A stretch of DNA of 64,000 nt. It comes from Azolla caroliniana. Lineage: Eukaryota > Plantae > Polypodiophyta. Positions 56,085 through 64,000 of this stretch are shown piece by piece. Where the stretch lies: positions 21,452,001 to 21,516,000 of the forward strand of contig JBHGNT010000010.1 in the NCBI GenBank assembly GCA_043228905.1. The letters run 5' to 3'. The translations under genes and the position numbers were made by a program. The notes under the pieces were generated by a model that did not search any database, had not been told where the DNA came from, and was given only the letters and a program-made list of their open reading frames with translations. Position 1 is the first letter of the stretch; every line of letters starts with the position of its first letter.

Positions 56085-59000
56085 TGTCGAATACATGTGT
56101 ATAATGGACGTATTCACACCATCCCGTTTTGGCCATTTATGTAATTAGCATAAAGGGTAGTTGCCCTAAGTCGGTCACTATATATAGTGACCTTGTAACC
56201 TCTTTGTGGGGTTGGGTTATTGTATGATTGCTTTGTGAAATAAAGAGTTTTTTGTGTCTCTCTCTCTCTCTCTGTGCAACGACCTACATTCTGTCATACA
56301 CAGGGAATAAACAGGAATCGAGTGCTTCAAGATCTTCCGCACTGACGACATTGCTTACAACATTTGGTATCAGAGCCTGCACAGTAGTCGGTCCTTCAAT
56401 CCGCTGTCGGCCGTCGTCTCTGCACTCGGTTTCCTGCGTCATTCGAAGAAAGAGAGAAGAAGAACAAAAACGAGGTTTGCACCTCATCGCGTTAGACCCT
56501 CTTGCTTGGAGTAAGCCCTCAGGTTGTACTCTGTTCCTTGTGATCGTAACCGCTCGAGGTGAAATCCCCTTGTGCATCATTGACACGATCGTGCTCCATT
56601 CGGTTAAACGGCATCCGAAGAGGTCACCAAACGCTGCTCGTTGTAACCACTCGGTGCAGATCGGTCTCAAGACAACAACCCCAAATTCGTGCTTCATCAG
56701 GCTGATCGACATTCGAGAGGATCAGTTGGATCTATCTCTCTCGTCGCTGCAGTCAACCGAAGCAAAATCGGTCCAGATAATCGGCTTCAATAATCGGTAC
56801 TCGGCACATATATCCGAAGCGAACCGGGCTCACTCCGACTCGGCAACACTCGGGAAGACCAGTCGGTTCTGTCCCTCAAGTTACCGGAGTCAATTCGAGC
56901 AAGTTCCGAAGCTGAACCGACTCGGGTTCAAATCCGACTAGAACGATATCGGGTGAGCCAACCGGCTGCACTCCAACAAGGTTCACAGTCAACTCCGAAC
57001 CGAGCTTCGTCAACCGAAACCGAATTTGATGGCATCAACATCTGGCTCGTCAGAAATGAGTCTACGAAAGTTCGATGGATCGAACTTCAACTTCTGGAAG
57101 GAACAAATGCAGGACTATCTCATAGTCAAGGGGCAAATCGACCCCATCGAAAATGAAGAACCTCCAGAAGGATACAAACCAATTGAGTGGCAGAAGCTGG
57201 ACAGAATTGTCCGCGCCACGATCCGGATGCACCTATCGGAATCGGTATACTTTACGGTGCAATCGTGTACGACAGCATTCGAACTGTGGAAAACACTGTC
57301 GGACACTTACGAAAAGAAGGTCGCCGCAACGAAGATGTTTCTGATCCGGCGCCTCTACAACTTGCGGATGAAAGAATCCGACTCGGTCCAAACACACCTC
57401 AATGAGTACGAAAGCATAAGCTCCCAAATCTCGTCACAGGGGACGGCAATCGAGGATGAACTCAGAGCAATGATACTCATGAGCAGCCTTCCCCCATCAT
57501 GGGAAACTTTCGTCACAACCGTGTGCAACGCGTCAACCACGGCTGTTAAATACTCCGAAGTCACGAGCGCAATCCTGACCGAAGCAGCTCGGAGAAAGTC
57601 TTTCGCCAAAGACTCAACAGACGACGCCTACGTAGTACAAGGTTCGACAGACCGATCGAACATACGAGGACAAGATTCCTCACGGCCGCCGAACAATCAG
57701 CGAAGACGGAGCCAGTCACGGGATAACCGAATCTGCAACTATTGCAAGAAACCCGGACACATCAAAGCCGACTGCCGCGCACTCAAGAACAAGAACAACA
57801 AGAAGAGTGGCCGGCATGAGGAGATCAATTACGTCAGCTTCTCAGCTGATGCACTACCGGACGACCCGAATATACTATCAATAGAAAATCCAGTTGGATC
57901 AGAAGTTCTGCTCACGACTGAAGAATCGAGCACATGGCTCTTAGATTCGGGCGCGTCATTTCACGTGACTCCTCATCGATCCCAATTTCGGCAATATACG
58001 ATCCGTCACTCCGACTCAGTTCGGGTCGGCAACTCGCAACACTGTGACATCATCGGAATCGGCACAGTAGAGCTCAACCTTGCAGGTGGCTCTACACTTG
58101 TACTCCACAATGTCCGACATGTACCTGAGCTCTCAAGGCCATTAATCTCAGTCGGACAACTAGATGAAGACGGCATTCGTGCCGGTTTTTCTTCGGGAGG
58201 GTGGACACTCCACAGGGGGAACCTCCTGCTTGCTAGAGGACCCAAGATACACTCACTGTATCCGTTACATGTTACGCTCAGAGAGGGTAACCTGTTTTTG
58301 GTGGATATTCCTGTGTCATCATTATGGCACCGAAGATTAGGACACCTCAGCAAGGCCGGCATCACGCACCTATCTAGCGCCGGATACATCCCCAAACTCT
58401 CCTTCTCGGACCATCAATTCTGCGAGCATTGCCAGTATGGCAAACAAGTAGCCGCATCACACCCGACATCAGCACCAAGAGAAACGAGACCTCTCGATTT
58501 AGTCCATTCGGACGTCTGTGGCCCAATGCCGCATCAGTCTCTAGGCGGTGCCTCTTACTTCGTCAGTTTTATTGACGATTCGACTCGAAAGGTGTGGGCT
58601 TATCCAATTCGCACCAAAGATCGTGTCTTCTCGTCTCGATCTTCACCGATTGGCTCGCTATGGTAGAAAATCAAACCGACCGAAAGCTGAAATGCCTTCG
58701 GACAGACAATGGGGGAGAGTTCAAATCCGATGAATTCGTCAAATTCTGCCGACAACGCGGCATCCGACGTGAATTTACGGCACCACACAGTCCGGAGCAA
58801 AACGGGATTGCCGAACGCATGAATCGGACAATCCAAGAAAGGATAGTTTCCATGCTCCAACACTCCGGACTGTCGGATGGCTTCTGGGCAGAGGCTCTAC
58901 TCACGGCAGTACACATAATCAATATGTCGCCAAGTCGACCTCTAGGACTTCAAATTCCTCAGGAACTATGGATCGGCAGTAAGCCGAATTACGACAAGCT

Positions 59001-61518
59001 GAGGATCTTCGGATGCGAGGCGTACGCCCTCATTCCGAAAGATGATCGCCGAAAACTTGCACCTCGGTCCAGGAAATGCATTTTCCTTGGATATGGATCA
59101 GACGGCGAAATGGGATACCGACTCTGGGACCCCGAATGCAGACAAATCGTTCGAAGTTCGGACGTTGTGTTCAACGAGTCGGCTATGAATCCATCAGTCG
59201 AAAAACCGATCGAAGTCCGAAGGGTAACATTCTCCGATGTGCCGACCCTTCAAGAAGGCCCCGCTCTCAACACACGGTCAGCTTCACGGGTAGCTGAACC
59301 TTATACTACCGACTCGGACAACTCTGACTCGGCACAGCCGAATGATTCGGTTTCGGACCATCCGACCTCGATACCCGATGCGACCAGTCCAATCATACCT
59401 CGACGATCCGAGAGACTGTCGCAACCTCCGGAGAGGTATTCTCCTGGAATTTTCTTCACCGACGCCGGCGAACCGACGTCTTACGAAGAAGCATCGACAT
59501 CTGTCGATTCGGCCACCTGGCATCTGGCGATGGAGTCGGAAATGCACTCCATCCGGGCAAACAAGACTTGGGATCTGGTCGAACTACCTAGGAACCGACG
59601 TGCTCTTCCTTGCAAGTGGGTTTATCGACTAAAAGAGACGTCTGATTCGACCACCCCAAAGTACAAGGCCAGATTAGTTGCGAAGGGCTTCCGACAAGAA
59701 TATGGCGTCGACTTCGACGAGATTTTTTCACCAGTGGTGAAAATGACAACCCTTCGTCTTCTGCTCGGCGTCGTGGCAGCCGACAACTTGGAGCTGATTC
59801 AGCTAGATGTCAAAATAGCCTTCCTCCATGGTGATCTCGAGGAGGAAATTTATATGGAGCAGCCAAAAGGCTTCGTGGCAACTGGCCAAGAACATCTAGT
59901 CTGCCGACTCAGGAAGAGTCTATACGGCCTCAAACAGGCACCGCGACAATGGTACAAGAAGTTCGACGACTTCATCCAATCAATCGGCTTCTCCAAAAGC
60001 GATGAGGACCATTGTCTCTTCACCAACACAGCTCGAGATGGATCACCCATCTTCCTCATCATTTACGTGGACGACATGCTAATTTCTGGACGCCACGCGG
60101 GCGAACTTGCCGATCTTGTTCGGCAACTGCGGTTGAAGTTTGCCATGAAGGACCTCGGTCCGGCACGACACATCCTTGGCATGAAGATTAGTCGGCATCG
60201 CAATAAACGACATCTTTTTTTGTCTCAGACCGACTATATCGGACGTGTCTTGGAACGCTTCAACATGCAATCAGCCAAATCTGCTTCAACCCCACTCCCT
60301 ATGAATCTTCGGCTCTCTCAGCGAGACTGCCCGACATCCGGTTCGGAGGGGGAAGATATGAAGTCGGTACCGTATGCACCGGCAGTCGGCTCCCTTATGT
60401 ACCTGATGGTCGCGACACGGCCTGACATCTCTCATGCCGTAGGAGTCGTTAGCAGATTTATGCACAATCCTGGCCGATCGCATTGGAACGCAGTCAAGCA
60501 TGTGTTCAGATATCTGGCTGGCACAAAAGACCATGGCATTCTTTTCGGACCGAACCGAACCTCAGGCGTAGTCGGTTACACCGACTCGGACTTCGCCGGC
60601 TGTATAGACAGTCGGAAATCAACAACCGGATACTGCTTCAAATTCGGCAATGGAGCAATCTCGTGGAAGTCGAAACTTCAGGAGTGCACAGCGACCTCAA
60701 CGACCGAAGCAGAATATGTAGCTGCGTCCGACGCAGCAAAAGAAGCTTTGTGGCTCGGTCGGCTGGCGCACACGTTTCGACAAGTCGAACATGACTCGGC
60801 TCCAGTTGTCTACAGCGACAGTCAAGGTGCTGTTGCCTTGTCGAAAAATCCGGTTCACCACAACGCCTCCAAACATATCGACGTTCGATATCACTTCGTT
60901 CGGGACTGCGTCATTTCAGGGAAAATCGGTCTAGAGAAAATATCCACAACCGATAATGTCGCAGATGGAATGACCAAATGTCTCTCGGCAGACCGTTTTC
61001 GGTCTCTTCGGCATCAGATGGGCGTAACGACAAACCAGTCCGGTTAGAGCCGGACACAGAGCAGGATGGTTCCCGAAAACCGACATCAGCTCCTTAATGA
61101 TCGGCTTCAACTGTTCCGACCCGACCAGTTCGGTCTTCTGTCTTCGGATCCTGCCGACTCGAACAAAGCTGATATGTCCGAGAACCTAAGTCTATACCTG
61201 TAATCTTAGATAACCCATGTATACGCCCATTACGGGGGAGTGTCGAATACATGTGTATAATGGACGTATTCACACCATCCCGTTTTGGCCATTTATGTAA
61301 TTAGCATAAAGGGTAGTTGCCCTAAGTCGGTCACTATATATAGTGACCTTGTAACCTCTTTGTGGGGTTGGGTTATTGTATGATTGCTTTGTGAAATAAA
61401 GAGTTTTTTGTGTCTCTCTCTCTCTCTCTGTGCAACGACCTACATTCTGTCATACACAGGGAATAAACAGGAATCGAGTGCTTCAAGATCTTCCGCACTG
61501 ACGACATTGCTTACAACA
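56085..61518 (+). mobile_element. Full-length Ty1/copia LTR retrotransposon (Tnt1-like): 278-bp LTRs at 56085-56362 and 61241-61518, TSD CTTTG
   Basis: TG..CA LTRs that appear identical. PBS TGGTATCAGAGCC (tRNA-iMet, 56365). PPT ACGGGGGAG. Domain order gag-PR-IN-RT-RH. Confidence 0.98.
57029..61047 (+). pseudogene. Copia gag-pol polyprotein, frameshifted once by a TCTCG duplication at 58629-58638
   Basis: KFDGSNFNFWK, zinc knuckle CNYCKKPGHIKADC, protease LDSGAS, integrase HxxxxH/CEHC, DVCGP, RTDNGGEF, RT YVDD, RNase H DSQGA and KHIDVRYHF. Confidence 0.93.
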
Positions 61519-64000
61519 CTTTGCACATGAGATGTATATATACCTCATTGTGGGTATTTTTGTATTTGATGATGGTGATGATGCTAATTTAATATAGAGT
61601 TAATCATCCCCCATCTTGTGTTGTTCATAAGTGTCTCTTCCTCTCGCACACATATCACATAATCTTCTACGCTTAACTTAATCACATAATTAGGTACTAA
61701 TTAACCCGTAGTTAATCACCTAATTCTTAACAATTGTAGTAGGTCGTCTTTTGGCGGCTTCCTTGATGTGAACGAAGTCTTTTTGGTATTAGAGTTGGCG
61801 TATATATCGCCACAACACCTTGCCCCCTTCATCATGGGGAGAAGTGTAATTCATCATTTGAATTGTTGCTTCAAATGCTTTAATATATATTTTTTTGAGT
61901 TGGCATGGTTCGTTTAAAGTTGACAGTGAGGGTGGGTACCAATTCAATTGTAATGATCTCATGTGCGGTTGATGCTTCATTGTGTATCATTCATGACAAT
62001 ATCATGATTAGTGCACTCTCTATTTGTGTCCACATGTACATAGGTTGACGAGGTTCGTTGTCCATAATGATTCTTCTACAATCATGGGGCTGGCTACCAA
62101 TTCAACACAGACAATCTCGCGTTTGGTTGATGCTTTACAATGTATCATCCATGGCAACATCATGAGTAGTGGGCTCTCCATTCATGTATACTTGTACATG
62201 GGACGTTTGGATCCCATATAGATACATTTGTGTGCAAGGGCAAGATGACCATAATATTAAATAACCATATTTTGGTGTGGACCTCTTGGGAGTGTGCTTT
62301 GCAAAACTGTTGGTCTAACATTGTTATGCATTGTATATCCTCAAGCGAGTTCATCTTTGAAGGTGTGGGTCATAGAGAAACTCCCACTAGTAAATGCAAC
62401 TCGTAGATATAGATAGAATTTAGAATCTACTACTTCAGCTTGCCCTCGTGATAGGCCGAGGACAACTTGTTGATGAGTTGGTGCAAATGTGAACAAGCTT
62501 ATAGCCTTGGTCTTTCCTAAGTTTAATGTGAGCCCTTTTTCGTCACATCAACCATGTATGGCATTGAGATTTTGTAAACATGAAAGATATTCAAAGACAC
62601 AAAGAAGAATGTGAACAAGTGTACCTCATTTGTCACTTCCCTCTCCACGTCGATGTATGATTCAATTAACTAGCTTGTCAATGAAGATTCCAAAGAAGGC
62701 AGTGGAATGTGGGGATCCTTGATGCATATTGATGGCTCTTGTAATTACATTTAAAAGCCCCCATAGAAACTTGACTATTCTCGATCATATAATGCACATA
62801 TAACCCACGTCATGTATAGGGAAATGTTTAGTGCATGACTTGTAGGAGTGAGAAATAACTGAGGAGAAATAGCGGATAGATTCTAATTTGCATGTATTAT
62901 GTCAATAGTTTCTAATTTTGACTAATATTGAGATGTTAATGTTTTAAGAGATATTAAAACACATTTTACATTATGGGATTGAGCCCATTGTTGGATTAAA
63001 CAAACTTAAGGTATTTTAACTTTTGAGGGTGATGTTTTTGTTATTGGTGTGCGAAACAACAATCCATTGAGAGGGAGTTAGAGGAATGGATTTATACTAC
63101 AAGAACAAGCGAACTCAAGTTCTCTTCAATTTAAATATTCCATGACACGACGTAAAAGGGTACTTTATTAGAGAGAGAGAACCAATGTTGAAAAACTTGT
63201 GTGAAAGGGAACACAATCTAGAAATGGGATGGGAAGGAAGATTGTCTCCTATCATCATTACGTGTTTGATATGAAATTCTAGCCCCTATAAGAATGAAGA
63301 GTAGGAGTCCTCAAGTTGTTTGGGATATATAGTTGATAACATAAAGAAGAACAATGCCGAGGATCCTCATCAATAAGACCTACACCTAGTTTCTTACGAT
63401 GTAATATGATAAGCATATGTATAATTTTTTGTTCTAGATATGGTCAAGCTAGTATAATATTACCATAAAGAAGATTATGTCTCTCATTCTATCACAAAGT
63501 GTAATGAAGGGGGCGAAATATAAACATTTTCATTGTTATGCTTTAACATTGTGGCTAGAAACTATGTTAGAATAGTTGAGAAAATGAATGTGCTATCTCA
63601 TTTTCGAATCCACAAGATGGAGAAAGTACATCCTTTGTTTTGCATGAAGTTGAATTGCACCATTGATTCTAAATGTTGACCATGGGCAGTGTGCTCCTTA
63701 CCTTCTCAACAACCAATTCAATTGTACATAAGAAATGATGACATAATGAACAATCATGCTTTTGCAACTTTTTAGGAACTGTGAGAAACTTCATGAACTT
63801 GTAGAGAACTTATGACCATGTTCATGAGAAAACGTAAGTTGCACAAATGTATGTTAAGACTCACATTCAATGTTTGTACATTACGCGCCTTCACGAAATG
63901 TTCCACATCTTTATCTACCAACATATTAAAGTTTATGAAGTCAATATTTTTGTGTTGTTCATCGCTCAAAGTAGACAATTATTACTTTGTTGGTGTGGTG

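Noticed and set aside
56228-56941. 237-aa ORF in the Copia LTR/leader
   Set aside because: Non-ATG start, runs through a CT microsatellite, and has no motif. It is probably a by-product of the GC-rich leader.
58594-58666. Programmed ribosomal frameshift between the Copia ORFs
   Set aside because: The break lies inside the integrase core and is fully explained by a 5-bp duplication. Plant copia elements encode a single ORF.
61700-64000. Possible old TE coding remnants right of the Copia element
   Set aside because: No recognisable domain could be supported by eye.

Overview
Eukaryotic land-plant nuclear DNA. A fern-like origin is only an inference, from the PLS-PPR fragment and the LINE/LTR types. 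The left ~37 kb is gene-dense, with seven intron-containing genes whose splice sites could be traced: APT(-), RACK1(-), mitochondrial succinate/fumarate carrier SFC1(+), actin(-), a GT90/CAP10 glycosyltransferase(+), peroxisomal HPR1(-) and a BT1 folate/biopterin transporter(-). The right ~27 kb has no host gene I can recognise. It holds a ~2 kb tandem array of tRNA/SINE-like units, a solo LTR, LINE remnants, a 5'-truncated L1-type LINE with an 18-bp TSD, and a very young Ty1/copia element with identical LTRs and one 5-bp frameshifting duplication. The most unusual items are the tRNA-derived Pol III-box array with GA spacers, a chimeric unknown+PPR+actin fragment, a (TTAGGG)9 tract upstream of APT, an intron built from copies of its own acceptor region, and a deleted Gypsy element nested in a LINE. 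No database searches were possible, so family calls rest on recalled motifs.
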